Of a stretch of 64,000 bases of DNA, positions 12,490-26,151 are shown in pieces (the stretch's first letter is position 1; each line of letters begins with the position of its first letter). Below the pieces are notes generated by a model that was not told where the DNA came from, did not search any database, and saw nothing but the letters and a program-made list of their open reading frames with translations. The stretch covers positions 22,942,001-23,006,000 of the forward strand of contig CM059433.1 in assembly GCA_030390025.1 (NCBI GenBank), given 5' to 3'. Both the position numbers and the translations under genes were made by a program. The stretch comes from Squalus acanthias (Eukaryota).

Positions 12490-13335
12490 TTGTGTTGTCA
12501 GAGTGCTTGCCTGACATCCAGCCCTGGATGAGCTAAAATGTCCTCCAAATAATTAATTGTCTTCAGCCTCTGCCATAAACTCCATTCCCAAGCCACTGAT
12601 TCAATCCTCCTCCCTAGATATTGACTCAGGCTGAATCAGACTGTCCGATTTGACCCCATATCCTCTCCATCACTAAGACCGTGTATTTCCACCTCTGTAA
12701 CATCGCCCGTCTCCGCCCCTGCCTCAGCCTATCTGCTGCTGAAATTCTCATCCATGCTTTTATTAGCTCTAGACCTGACTATTCCAATGCTCTCCTGGCT
12801 GGCTTCTCATCTTCCACCCTCCATAAACTTGAGCTCATCCAAAACTCTGCTGCCCGTATCCTAACTCGCACCAAGTCCCGTTCACCCATCACCTCTGCGC
12901 GCTGCCCTACATTGGCTCCCGGTCCACCAATGCCTCGGTTTTAAAATTCTCATACTCGTGTTCAAATCCCTCTATAGCCTCACCCCTCCCTAGCTCTGTA
13001 ACCTCCTCCAGCCCTACAACCCTCCTCCAGCTCTGCATTCCTCCAGCTCTGGCCTCTTGTGCATCCTGCACTTCCTTCACCCCACCATTGGCATCTGTGC
13101 CTTCAGCTGTCGAGGCCCTAAGCTCTGGAATTCCCTCCCTAAACCTCTCTGCCTCGCTCGTCCATTCCGAGGCTCCTTAAAGCCTACTTCTTTGACCAAG
13201 CTTTTGGTCACCCATCCTAATATATTCTTCTTCGGCTCAAAGGCAATCTTTTTCTGATTTACGCACTTCTGAAGTGCCTTGGGACATTTTACTATGTTAA
13301 AGGTGCTATCTAAATACAAGTTGTTGTTGTTGTTT
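12490..13335 (+). mobile_element. L2 LINE 3' fragment
   Basis: LRPCLSLSAAEILIHAFISSRPDYSNALLAG...LIQNSAARILTRTK; (TTG)n tail. Confidence 0.88.
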
Positions 13336-14185
13336 ATGGGGTTGCAAATCTGCAGTGCCAACGCACCAGTGAAATGGCTGAGATATACCCATGCAGGACC
13401 TCCGGTGCTAACCTACCAAGGTTTGCTGGTCAGAATCTGGGTTTAACAATTTCATGCTCATCCTAAGTTTCAAGCCAATTTGCATCGTTCCTCTAACAAC
13501 CCTCTTGCTATTGTGGGACTGAAAGAATGTTTTGCTATGATGATTGCCTCTGCAGCTAATCTTTCTTCTCGACCTTTCTTTGTCCTTCTGATTGCACCGC
13601 TTTGGCACCGGAGGGACTGCCACCAGGAATCTTCCAAGCTTACATGTTCGGAGGATAAAGGGACCAGCGGAAGAATGCCAGGTAGGTCAGACTGACTGAG
13701 AGATGCTCTGGACCCTCCCACCCATAACCCAACATCTAGGGAGAGGTAACCAACCTCACTTTGACAGACATTGTTGGAGGCTCCTCTGCCCAATGACAGC
13801 TGCACCAGCAGACCCCACTGGCATCACAATGAGATGCGAACACCCGTCTAAACCTTAGTGCGGAAGGGTTCTTCAGAAGCCTACCAATCACAGCATGTCA
13901 TGCTTTATATAGCATTGCATGAAAGAAGTCATGCCACAGTGATCAGGAGCCCACCTGGGAATGACTCAGATTTTAATTGTTGATGGAGATTGAAGTTTTT
14001 TTTAAACTTTTTCTTTCTGTCTCTTATCTCTCTTAATCCAATCTTTCTTTCCCTCCTTTTATTTCTCTTTCTGTACCTGATTTGACATTGAATTCATACT
14101 CGCATTTACACTTCCTTCTCAGTTAATGTCCTAATCCTTCAATCTGATTGGTTAAGGAGATACACAGTTGCTTTCCCTGTTCACT

Positions 14186-14285
14186 CAACAACAACAACAA
14201 CTTGTATTTATATAGCTCCTTTACTGTAGTAAAACGTCCCAAGGCGCTTCACAGTTGTGTTATAAGACAAAAAATTGACACCGAC
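14186..14285 (-). mobile_element. L2 3' end scrap
   Basis: (CAA)n CTTGTATTTATATAG, matching the 3' end at 24857. Confidence 0.7.
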
Positions 14286-15489
14286 TCAGGTCCCAGATGC
14301 CCTGTTTGCCTCACTGCGACGTTATCAGCTCGTACTTTCAGTAACTTGCCACGCAGAAAATTGAAAAACTTAATCGTGCAAGGGGAAGTTTAACTAACGG
14401 CAGAGGCCATTAGATGCCCTGCCACAGCAAATGATGGCCCATTGTGTGATTTGCCACAGCAGATCTGCTATCAAACTTTAAAAGCCAGGAACTAACCAGC
14501 AGTCTTGCTATCTAGAGTTGCTATGGTGTTAATGACTGAAAATACATTGTGTGATATTTTCCCCTCATTATCATGTAATTGGAATACACCCATCCATAGT
14601 TGATGGGCATGTTCAAAGCATACTATCTCTCCTGGCAGTAAAAGTAGACCAGGTGGAGATAGTGGGACAACTCCCCTCCTGATTTTTTGTGCCCAGCCAT
14701 TGTCATTCTGTTGGAGAGTTGGCGTAAATATCTAGAGGAAGAAGGGGCAGAAAATACTCAAAGACACAACACTCCCCCCACCCCACCTCATCGACTTTGT
14801 AGCCCTGCGTAAATTTTCCAGTTTATGGTACTGATACGTTATTCACAGAATTCAAGTTATAGATGGGTGTAATTCTGGTTGAAAAAACAGATCATGAATG
14901 CAAATAAAGATTTTCCAAGGCAATACGTTCACAGACATTTATATTAGAGGGCAGACTCCAGCTAAAGCGGATTGAACATATTATGCACTGGGCTTCTTCC
15001 GTGGGTGAAGTTTATGGCATTCTTTCACAATTCCATCATTTTCAAAGCTGATTTAGAAAACATACCTGCAAGCGAGAAAAAGTCACAGACACTTATAGCT
15101 TGGAAATTTTTAATTAACTTTAAATTATTGAACTAGATGCATGCAGGAAAGCAAAAGAAAATTCTGCCAAGCAATGCTTTTAATATCCCTTACAAATATT
15201 GAATACTAATTTTAATATAACCTAGAGTCATAAGCTGTGACTCTCTAATTTAAGCATTAATAAACTTAATGGGATGTAGAGGAATAATTCTTGCATTAAG
15301 GGCATTTAAATGATAGAGACCAAATTAGAAGCTTTAAACCCCAAAATACAACTTAAGGTATAATACTGAGAAACTCTGCTTGAAGCAACTTTCTTTGAAA
15401 CCTTTGCTTGAACATTTAGTAGCTTTTAATTAGGTCTTTATAAGAAAATAGGAGAATTGTCACATCAGGACAACGAGAGGGCTGAGGCT

Positions 15490-16640
15490 GACGGTCTGAC
15501 TGGAACAGCGGGGGTAATGAGGACTGGCGCACTATGATAGCGTCATGCCTATTGCCAGGAAACTGGCCACAGACCTGCATGAGATGCTACTTGTGGTCAC
15601 AAATCAGTTGAACATTGAGCCCTTCCTGTTGAGATACAGAGCCTGATGGGGAGCACACAGGGTTATGCAGTCGATGGTCACCTGCACATGCGGGAATCCA
15701 GCACTGCGGGCGGATCCCAGTCCTCTTACTTCCTGCTTGTCAGCCTCTATGGGGAAGGTAATGAACTGTTGAGGCAACGTAACCAGTGCATCAGTGACCT
15801 GCCAGATCACCGTGTGCACAGAAAACTGACTGAGGTTGCTGATGTCTCCAGAGCAGTTTGGGAGGAGCCAGAGGCAGAAAGATTTCGAGCCACAGTGACC
15901 TGTGCTGCCACAGGCAGTGCAGTGCATGCTCTGGAGTCGGGCTCCAATTCCCGCTCCAACAAGCGGCACAGGTAAGTGACCGTCTCCCCGTTGAAACACA
16001 GCCACCTTAAGCACTGCTCCGCTGTGAGATTCAGGCATGACGTTCTCCTCCTGAAGACCCGCATTCTGTAAGGCCTCCTGCTCCCTTGCCTCCTTCGCCC
16101 TCTTCTTGCTGCCTTCCTTGCTGCTGCTCCTCCTCCTGATTTGGGAGCCTGAATGGTCAGCCCAGTAGCATTCCCATGTTCAATAATTCAGAACGAGCAG
16201 ATCCTGTGAAACAGTCCCTGCCCTCCACAAACCCAATCTGCAAAAATATTTGACAGACAAACACTTGCCAAATCAGCCAAAAATCTGGCCCAAAAGCACT
16301 CCAACAGCCTAAAACGACTAACCAGAGTATTACCTTAATGGAGGTGAGGATCCCTTTACATAGCTCTTGTGAAAGCTAATTACCAATTGTCCCGACCATG
16401 ATTTGTTGATCGGGTTAAGGAAGTGATGCTTCAGGCGCACACGGACTCCAATTTAACAAAGGGTCCTTATTCAGGCTCAGGGCCCATATTATCATATTTA
16501 AATAATGCCTGCGTTTGTTGCAGGCGGGTATCCGGACCAATATGGCGCTTCCAGCACTCAACATCCCACTGCTGTATTAGGCTTTGTTGCGTCTGTTTTG
16601 GATCCCGAAAATGTATGAGATGCATCACAATTTTTCCCCC
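15490..16640 (-). mobile_element. Harbinger element fragment with N-terminal transposase pseudogene
   Basis: Minus-strand RVFRRRTSCLNLTAEQCLR...LCRLLERELEP and VTDALV...FITFP...AGFPHVQVTIDC; TIR-like AATTTTTCCCCC ending at 16640. Confidence 0.78.
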
Positions 16641-16934
16641 TCACGTCACTATTTGAAGAAGAGCAGGGGAGTTCCCTGCTGTCCTGGCTAGCATTCATCC
16701 CTCAACCAACATCACCAAAACAGATTATCTGGCCATTTATCCTGTGCCATGTGGGAACTCCAGAACACTTTGTGTCTACTGGAAAACCACATCTGCAGGT
16801 AGTGCCATCAACTGCTCGAGCTCGAGGTTAGAGTCTCTGAGCTTGAGGAGCAGCTGGCATCATTACAGTGCATACGGGAAGCTGAGAGATTTATGGGTAG
16901 CACGTTTCAGGAGGTGGTCACCCTGCAGCTACAG

Positions 16935-17940
16935 AGACCGCGATTTCGCCCACCGAGGCGGGTCCAGGGCGGCCGGGGTCGGTAGCGCGGTCCCAGCCCG
17001 CTGCCTCCTCCAGCCCGCTCTGTTGAAGTGATTTTACAATGATTGGGCTTGTTAAGCCCACCCAGCGAGGTTCCCGGCCAATTAAAAGGAAGCGGGACTG
17101 ATGATGTCATTTGATGACGCGCCATCAGCCGGTTTCCTGAAAGGGGCCATGTCTAAATTGATTTTGACAGTTGTGCTGTCAGTGTTCTACAGCATTAAGG
17201 TGCTGCAAACACTGACAAGCTCTGCACAAAGGTGCACAGCTGCACCCAGGCTCTCTCATGACTTCCTCCATATGCTTATGGAGAGAGTCACAGCACGTAG
17301 GGAGGTTCTCTTCCCTTCCAATGGGCGGAAGAGACCTCCCCAGGAGAGCAACGCAGCCTGGTTGCACATTGCACAGGAGGACACAAGCAGGGATGTCGTC
17401 AGGAAGACCAGGCTGCAGTGGCGCAAACTTTTAATGATATCAGTAGATCACAAAATGTTACTGCCAAGCCACATTCAACCTCATCCTGCTGTGCCACTCA
17501 TCACATCCCCATCACTCTGCCTTCCCTACCCTACTCCTGCACATCCTTACTCACACTAACTTACCTTGCACCTCCACCCATCCCTCTCTATCTACATTAT
17601 CACTTCCCCATCTCACAAGCCACCCCTCACACTCACCCTCATCCTACTGCAAGCATACCAACTAACAACACACAAGGGTAGCCACTTGGGTGTTTCAACC
17701 AATGTTCATGTAAAGTTTCTGTTAATGTGCTGCCAAACATTGAAGCCTTTATTTTCATCACTTTGCGTTCTTGGACAGATTTGTGTGCACCTTTGGAAGT
17801 GGCTTAGTGAGTTGCAGTGAATGGTGAGTCATAAGGGTACCCCCCGCAATGGTGATGAGTGTGAAAGGAATAGCTTGGGCATTGTAGGAATGCTTTATGG
17901 TGTTGGTGTGGGGTGGTGCCAACCTGGCGCATCATGTGGT
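16935..17940 (+). mobile_element. Partial non-autonomous Harbinger (family B) with Myb/SANT-like exon remnant
   Basis: AAPRLSHDFLHMLMERVTARREVLFPSNGRKRPP; reverse-complement homologue of 23430-24400. Confidence 0.75.
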
Positions 17941-17942
17941 TT

Positions 17943-18120
17943 AAGAACATAAGAACATAAGAAATAGGAGCAGGAGTAGGCCTATTCGGCCCCTCGAGCC
18001 TGCTCCGCCATTCAATAAAATCATGGCTGATCTTCTACCTCAACTCCACTTTCCTGCACTATCCCCATATCCCTTGATTCCCTTAATATCCAAAAATCTA
18101 TCGATCTCTGTCATGAATAT
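17943..18120 (-). mobile_element. CR1 3' end fragment
   Basis: CATAAGAA repeats followed by ATAGGAGCAGGAGTAGGCC 3' UTR. Confidence 0.85.
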
Positions 18121-18121
18121 A

Positions 18122-18618
18122 TCTTCTCTTAGGCAGTCCCATGGAACTGAGGATGACTTGCTTCCCCACTAAAAATGAGTTCTCAGGTGACTGATGAGTC
18201 CAAGACGGGACCTGCAGTCTCTGTCACAGGTGGGGCAGATGGTGGTTGAAGGGGCAGTTGGGTGGGGTGCTTGGGTTGATGTGCGCTCCTTCCGCTGTTT
18301 GCGCTTGGCTTCCGCTTGCTCCCGGCGAAGAGACTCGAGATGTTCAGGCACCTTCCAGGATGCTTCTCCTCATTTTCTGCAGTCTTGGGCCAGGGATTCC
18401 CAGGTGTTGGTGGGGATGTTGCACTTTTTCAAGGAGGCTTTGAGGGTGTCCTTGAAGCGTTTCCTCTGCCCACCTGGGGCTCTCTTGCCGTGTCGGAGCT
18501 CTGAGTAGAGCGCTTGTTTTGGGAGTCTCGTATCGGGCATGCGGACGATGTGGCCTGTCCATCGGAGCTCATCGAGCGTGGTCAAAGCTTCGATGCTGGG
18601 GATGTTGGCCTGAGCGAG
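18122..18618 (-). mobile_element. RTE-clade LINE 3' fragment
   Basis: LRWTGHIVRMPDTRLPKQALYSEL...GGQRKRFKDTLK and C-terminal CPTCDRDC...HLRTH zinc finger. Confidence 0.88.
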
Positions 18619-21138
18619 AACAGAGAGTTCAAGAGGAGAGGAAGTGGGTGACCATCAGGCAGACTAGAAGGAACAGACAGGCAGTGCAGGAATCCCCTGG
18701 AAGTGTGGCACTCAGAAAATTAGTGTTGAATACCAGCGAGGGTGTTGACACTTCGGGGAAGGGGGGGGGGGGGGGGGGGTGCAATCAGAAGCAACTTCAC
18801 AGCACTGTGGGAGACTCAGCTGCACGGGTGGGGGGGGTGGGGGCACAAGAAACTGTAGAAATGCAGTTGTTATGGGGGATTCAATTGTCAGAGGGATAGA
18901 CAGTCGTTTCTGCAACTGCAGACATGAGTCCCGAACGGTGTGTTGCCTCTCTGGTGCCAGGGTAAAGAATATCACTGAAAGGGTGCAGGATATGCTGTGA
19001 GAGGGAGGGGAACAGCCAGAAGTTATGATCATGTTGAAACCAATGACATAGGTAGGAAAAGGTTTAAGGTCCTACAGGCATGTTTCACGAGCTAGGAACT
19101 ATATTAAAGAACAGGACCTCAAAGATGGTAATCTCTAGATTACTCCCAGTGCCACATGCTAGTGAGTACAGAAACAGGAAGATAATGTGGGTGAATACGT
19201 GGCTGGAGAAGTGGTGGAGCAGGGAGGGCTTCAGATTCCTGGAGCATTGGGACCAGTTCTGGGGCAGGAGGGCCCTGTACAAGCCGAACGGGTTGCACCT
19301 AAACAGGGCTGAGACCAATGTCCTCACGGGGAGGTTAACTCGTGCTGTGGGGGAGGGTTTAAACTAATTTGGCAGGGGGAGGGGCACCAGGATGCAGCAG
19401 CAGAGAGGAGAGACAAGGTGCATAGAAAACTAGGATGGACAAACAGCAACAGAATAAAGAATTGTGTCGAAAAACAGAGTAAAGGGCAAGGAGCGTGAAG
19501 AATTCCTAAAATCTGTACAGGAGAATGTCCTTAATCAGTATGTTTCTAATCCAACGAGGAAGGAAACAGTTCTGGGGAATGAAGTAGGACAAGTGGAGTG
19601 TGTTACAGTGGGAGAACATCTGGGTAATAGTGATCATAATATAATTAGGCTTAAAGTAGTTATGCAAAGGAACAAAGAATAATCAAAGATGAAAATACCC
19701 AATAGGAAGAGAGCCAATTTCAGTGATTTGAGAAGGGATCTAGCACAGGTAGACAGGAAACAAAGATTGGCCAGGTAAACAGTAAATGAGCAATGGCAGG
19801 CCTTCAATGTGGAGATACTTTGAGTATAAACCAAGCATATTCCCATTAGGAGGAAAGATGGGGAAAGCTCCAAAGCTAGAGCTCCCTGGATGACAAAGGA
19901 AATAAAGGTTAAAATAAAACAGAAAAAGGAGGTTTGTGACAAGTGTCAGTACAGAATATAGTCGAAAACCTGGCAGAATAGAGAGAGTGCAAGGGAAAAT
20001 TGAAAAAGGATATAAGAATGGCAAAGAGAGAATGTGAGAAAAGATTAGTGAGTAACTTAAAAGGAAACCCAAAACTCTTTTATAAACATACAAAAAAGTA
20101 AAAGGATAGTTAAAGGAATGGTGGAGCCGATTAGGGACACAGAAGGAAATCTTCTTGTGGAGGCAAAGGGGGATGACTGAGATACTGAGTGAGTACTGTG
20201 CATCTGTTTTCACAAAACAACAGAATACAGTTAATGTCACAGTAGAGGAAGGACGAATAGAAATATTGGATACAACAAAAATAGATAGAAAAGAGGTGCT
20301 AAATAGGTTGGCATCACTCAAAGTTAACAAGTCACCCGGTCCAGATGGGATGCATCCTAGGTTGTTGAGGGAAGCTAGGGTGGAGATAGCAGAGGCTCTG
20401 ATCACAATCTTTCAATCCTCCTTGGATATGGGAGTGTTGTCAGAAGACTGGAGGATTGAAAATGTTACACCCCTGTTCAAAAAAGAGAAGAGGGATAAAC
20501 CTGAAAACTACAGGCCAGTCAGTCTAACATCAGTGGTGGGAAAACTACTACAGACCATTGTCAAGGACATGATTGATTCTCACTTGGAGAAGCATTGGTT
20601 AGTAAGGGACAACCAGCACGGATCTGTTAAAGGAAAATCATTTCTGACTAAACTGATTGAGCTCTTTGATGAAGTAACAGAAAGGGTTGATGAAGGTAGT
20701 GCAGTAGATGTTGTATATACGGACTTTCAAAAGACATTTGTTAAAGCACCACATAACAGACTTATTTGGAAAATAGGAGCACATGGTATTAAAGGGACAG
20801 TGGTAACTTGGGTACGTAATTGGCGAAGGGATAGGAGGAGGAGAGTAGTGGTTAACGTATGTTTTTCTGACTGTAGAGAAATATGCAGTGGGGTATTAGG
20901 ACCATTGCTTTTCTTTTTATATATAAATGACCTGGACTTGAGTATAGGGAGTACAATTTTGAAGTTTGCAGATGATAAAAAACTTGGCAACAGAGTAAAT
21001 AGTGAGGAGGATAATAGCAGACTTCTGAAATGGGGAAAAGGCCAGACACATGGCAGATGTAATTTAATGCATATAGGTGTGAAGTGATGCACTTTGGAAG
21101 TAACAACATGGACAGGCAGTATAATCTATATGGTACTA

Positions 21139-21493
21139 CAGGAAACTCTTTGGTATCCGGCACCGACGGGACCAGGGTGGTGCCGGTTGATTAAAAACTC
21201 CGGATAACGGAGAGGTATATCTACCGAGGCTATTTTTAACAAACAAAAATTAAAAAATCAAGAAATGTGCAATATAATTGGGTACTCCACTACAGAATGT
21301 TGTGTTAAATGGATGGTGGAAGATGCTTGATTAAGTACAGTAATGCCAGTTGAGGGTAATCCATAACTCTTTAATTACTTAACAGTAAAACAAAACTTAT
21401 AAACGACTGTATACTGTAGTTTTCGGAGTATGAATTCTGCCGGTTATTAGAGAATTCCGGATATTTAGGTGCCGTTTAAACGAGAGTTTCCTA
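21139..21493. mobile_element. Tc1/mariner-superfamily (pogo/Tigger-like) MITE inserted in the CR1
   Basis: TA flanks (21137-21138, 21494-21495); imperfect ~26-bp TIRs CAGGAAACTCT...GGCACC / GGTGCC...AGAGTTTCCTA; CR1 sequence rejoins across it. Confidence 0.75.
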
Positions 21494-22228
21494 TATATTG
21501 AGGAGAGTGCAAGAGCAGAGGGACCTGGGGGCGCATATTCACAAATCATTAAAGGTGTCATGGCAAGTTGACAAGGCAGTTTAAAAAGCGTACGGGATAC
21601 TTGGCTTTGTAAATAGGGGCATTGAATACAAAAACAAGGGAGTCATGCTAAACCTTTACAAATCACTGGTTAGACATCACCTGGAGTAATGTGTACAATT
21701 CTGGGCACCACTTTAGCAAGGATGTCAAGGCCTTGGAGAGGGTACAGAGAAGGTTTACCAGGATGATACTAGGGATGAGGGACTTCAGTTATGTGGAGAG
21801 ATTGGAGAAGCTGGGATTGTTTTCCTTAGAGCAGAGAAGGTTAAGGGGAGACCTAATAGAGGTATTCAAAATAATGAGGGGTTTTGATAGAGTAAATAGG
21901 GAAAAACTGTTTCCTCTGGCAAGTGAGTCAATAACCAAAGGTCATAGATATAAATTATTGGCAAAAGAACTAGAGGGGAAATAAGGAGACATTTTTTCAC
22001 ACAAAGGGTTGTTATGATCTGGAACCCACTACCCGAAAGGTTGGAGGAAGTAGATTCCATTGGAACTTTCAAAAAACAATTGGACATGTATTTGAAGATA
22101 ACTAATTTGCAGGGCTCTGGGGAAAAAGCTGGGGTGTGGGCCTAAATTGGACAGCTCTTTCAAAGAGCCAGCACAGGCATGATGGGCTAAATGGCCTCCT
22201 TCTGTGCTGTAAGAGTCTATGATTCTCT

Positions 22229-24405
22229 GGCTGGAATTTTCCGGGGTGGTAGCGGACGCGATCGGAGGCGGGTCGGGTGGGAAAGCTGTTAGTTTTGGGA
22301 GCGGGTCAGGAACCCGTTGTCATCCTGCTCCCATGCGCCTTTCCCCCAGGCGCATCTGTCAGCGCGGACCCGACCCGACTGGCAGAGGCGGGTAACCCAA
22401 TTTAAATTATTAGTAGCTAGTTGTCAGACCCTTAAGAGTGGTTTTCACCACATGGCTACGGGAAACACGCTGCTCGGGAACTACGTCTGTCAACCTGAGG
22501 TGGGAGTTCAGTTGCCATTGCTCCAGCTGATTAGTTGACAGCATCAAATGTATTATAAAAGCTCCCACCTTACAGATGATCCCTTTCCTTAGCACAAGCT
22601 GTTTCTCACTGCATTCCCAGCACAGATTCTGCAGGCTGCAGTCTTTCCAGCAAAGTCTCCATCCAGTGTCACCTCATTGGTAGAACCTCTCTCACCATTG
22701 ACAGATTGCTTCTGTCATCTCTACTTCACCTGCCATCTATTCCATCAGCTTGGATACCGTTTATACTGTCTCACCTTGGTCCTCAGAATCTGACCACGAT
22801 GAGCCCCAACACCAGCAGCACCAGGCACACCAGCGGCACCAACAACAACACCACCAAACTTCCCCGCAATCAGCTGATGCTGCACAGGATAGAGGGCATC
22901 AGCACCTGAACACATTGATGCCTGGGAGGCCAGGGATGGCTTCATCATGGCCAGATTACTTGACAACTGCAAATGTGCTATAAAAGCTCCCATCTCACAG
23001 CTGTTCACTCTCCAAGCTCAGAAGCTGTTGCTTACTGCATTTGGAAGACAGATTGAGCTTTATGCAGCTTGCAAGTGTTTGCAACTGTCCATCTAGTGTC
23101 ACCTCATTGGAACAACCTCTCTCACCATTGACAGATCACTTCAGTCATCACAAGTTCACCTGCCATCTATTACATCAGCATCGGTGCCCTTGAAACTATC
23201 TCACCTTGGTCCTCAGAATCCCACCACAATCAGCCCCAACACCAGCAGCACCAGGCACACCAGCATCACCAACAACAGCACCAACCTTCTCCGCAATCAA
23301 CTGATGCTGCACAGGACACAGGGCATCAGCACCCGACCACATTGCTGCCCGGGAAGCCAGGGATGGCCTCACCATGGCCAGATTTACTTCACTTGATGCT
23401 GTACACCCTGGCTGCCACATGATGCGCCAGGTTGGCACCACCCCACACCAACACCATAAAGCATCCCTACAATGTCCAAGCCATTCCTTTCACACTCACC
23501 ACCATTGCGGGGGGTACCGTTATGTCTCACCATTCACTGCAACTCACTAAGCCACTTACAAAGGTGCACACAAATCTGTTGAACATAAAGATTTTTATGG
23601 TTGACAGCACATTAGCGGAAACTTTACATAAACATTGAATAAAACACCCAAGTGGCCCCCTTGTGTGTTGTTAGTTGGTATGATTGCATTAGGATGAGGG
23701 TGAGTGTGAGGGGTGGCTAGTGAGATGGAGATGTGATGGAAAGAGAGAGATGGGTGGACGTGCAAGATATATTGGTGTGAGTAAGGATGTGCAGGAGTAG
23801 GGTTGGGAAGGCAGAGTGATGAGGATGTGATGAGAGGCACAGCAGGATGAAGGGTGTGTGTGGCTTTGTACTAACGTTTCCTGATCTAATGAGATAATTG
23901 AAACATTTGCGGCACAGCACCCAGGTGCTCCTGACCACATCCCTGCTGGTGACCTCCTCTGCAATCTCCAACCAGGCTGTTTTGGTGTCCTGAGGAGGTC
24001 TCTTCTGCCCATCGGAAGGGAAGAGGACCTCCCTGCGTGCTCTGACTCCCTCCATAAGCATATGGAGGGAGTCAGCGGAGAGCCTGGGTGCAGCCCTCTG
24101 CCTCTGTGCAGTCATTGTCAGTGTTTGCAGCACTCCAATGCTGTAGTGCACTGACAGCACTATGTTACATTGACATTCAAATCTAATGTGGTCATGGTCC
24201 CTTTAAAGATCCCGGCTGAAAACACGTCATCGATGACGTCACCAGACCCGCTCCATTTAATTGGCCAGGTAACGCGCTAGGCGGGCTTAATAGGCCCTAT
24301 TAAGGGAAAGTAATTTTCAACAGCGGGGTGGAGCCAGCAGCGGGGTCGCGACCTGCCATGGCCACCGCCCGCACCGAACCTGCCCAGGTAGGCAAAGTTC
24401 CGGCC
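22229..24405. mobile_element. Non-autonomous Harbinger element (family B)
   Basis: Imperfect TIRs GGCTGGAATTTT / AAAGTTCCGGCC; Myb/SANT-like remnant on minus strand (AWLEIAEEVTSRDVVRSTWVLCRKCFNYL); internal ~425-bp tandem duplication. Confidence 0.75.
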
Positions 24406-24856
24406 TATGATTTTGTGCATTTGCTGTGTTTTTGCTGCATGCAAATTGACTGCAACACTTGTCTACATATCAGTGACTGCACTTTAAAGGAATCCATTGG
24501 AAGTGAAGTGCTTTGGGACTCCCTGAGGATACGATATCAAAATGCATGTTTCTTGTATTAGGAATGCAGGGCTGAATTAATTCCGGTAAAATAAATGATT
24601 GGAAGTGGTTGAAACAAATGATCTTTATAGAGAGCTTTAATTTGGTAAATCTGATTACCAAGGCACTGAATACAATTGCAAAAAAAGTAGAATTAGTTCA
24701 AGAATCTGGCCAAGAGAAACAAATATGGGTAATATTGCAATAGCTGCAGAGCTGAAAATAGTTATGAATTTATTGGACTGCACCAGCTAAATTAGTAAGG
24801 GGTAAATAATTGAGGGTAATCATTGGGACAGTAAATTATTGCAGCGGAAAGGCACT

Positions 24857-25392
24857 TACAACAACAACAACTTGTATTTATATAGTGCCTTTAACGTAGT
24901 AAAACGTCCCAAGGCGCTGCACAGGAGTATTTTAAGACAACAAATTTGATGCCGACCCTCATAAGGATAAATTAGGGCAGGTGACCGAAAGCTTGGTCAA
25001 AGAGGTAGGTTTTAAGGAGCGTCTTAAAGGAGGAAAGAGAGGTAGCGAGGCGGACAGGTTTAGGCAGGGAATTCCAGAGCTTAGGGCCTAGGCAACAGAA
25101 GGCACGGCCACCAAAGGTTGAGCGATTATAATCAGGGATGCTCAAGAGGGCAGAATTAGAGGAGCGCAGATATCTCGGGGGGTTGTGGGGCTGAAGGAGA
25201 TTAGAGATAGGGAGGGGCGAGGCCATGGAGGGATTTGAAAACAAGGATGAGAATTTTGAAATCGAGGCGCTGCTTAACCGGGAGCCAATGTAAGTCAGCG
25301 AGCACAGGGGTGATAGGCGAATGGGACTTGGTGCGATTTAGGACACGGGCAGCCGAATTTTGGATGACCTCAAATTAATGTAGGGTGGAATG
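24857..25392 (-). mobile_element. L2 LINE 3' fragment
   Basis: GGRAFCCLGPKLWNSLP...FKTLLKTYLFDQAF; (CAA)n tail. Confidence 0.88.
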
Positions 25393-26151
25393 CTAGGAAC
25401 TTAGCGTCCGAGTGCGGCAATTTTAGCGCCGCTCGCAAAATTGACCAGTCGTTTTGCAGCGGCGCTAAACACTACCGCCATGATCTCCTGCGCCCGCAGA
25501 CCGTGACGTCAGTCAAGCGTGCAATGCCTCGGTAGCGCCCCGGACCGGATATTGAGTCACGTCCCCTGCCTTAGCACCTGCCGTTAGGAACGACAGGCAG
25601 AGGGGAATGTTTTCAAGTCGGGAAGGGTCTGCGGGAGCGCTATTTAGAGGCGGGCGCTTCCTGCCTTTTCTTGTCGGCAACATTTTTGGTACATGCAGGT
25701 TGAGAGAGAGACGTCTGGAGAGATTTAACACTGGAGTTTTGGCCCTCAGCACCACTTTTGAGGTTCCTAAGCGCCGAGCTCTTTCCCTGGGCCTATCCAT
25801 TAGTGCTTCCAACACAATTGCTTTAGAGGTCTCTCCAGGCCGAGATTCAAGGCTGCAATGATCAGAGTGTAGCTGGTGGCCCCTCCCCTTTAAGAACTGG
25901 ACGGCGCCAGTCTGTCTGGCTTCCATGGTAACTGACATCACCTGTGCTTCAGTAGCGTTCTGAGGTAGCACCTCACTCCCTGACGTTTGCGCCTTAAGAG
26001 AGGTGTGTAGCACCTGATTTAGCGCTCAAATCACCTCCAGGGGCGATAGATGCGAATTTTGCAGTCGGAGGCGATAATTGGCGCCGGGCGCTAAACTTTT
26101 CGCCTGGCCGATATTAGCGCCCCAAAATTGGCAATACCCAATTTTTCCCCC
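25393..26151 (-). mobile_element. Harbinger MITE, internal-deletion derivative
   Basis: TIR AATTTTTCCCCC at the right end; retains MDRPRERARRL, the start of the Myb gene; reverse-complement homologue of 30654-31493. Confidence 0.75.

Larger units (their letters stand above)
16745..22228 (+). mobile_element. Near full-length degraded CR1 LINE (ORF1 zinc-finger/leucine zipper and SGNH esterase; ORF2 RT) with nested insertions
   Basis: ORF1 start HICR*CHQLLELEVRVSELEEQL (~16790-16860) resumes at ~18620; GDSIVRG and GLHLN esterase motifs; RT ORF 20155-21087 (KSPGPDGMHP, NYRPVSLTS, KFADD); CTATGATT tail. Confidence 0.85.

Noticed and set aside
10257..14441. Outer non-autonomous element with weak GGCC...TTTGCTG terminal repeats enclosing the nested insertions
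   Set aside because: The TIR match is short and imperfect and there is no clear TSD; it cannot be confirmed by eye.
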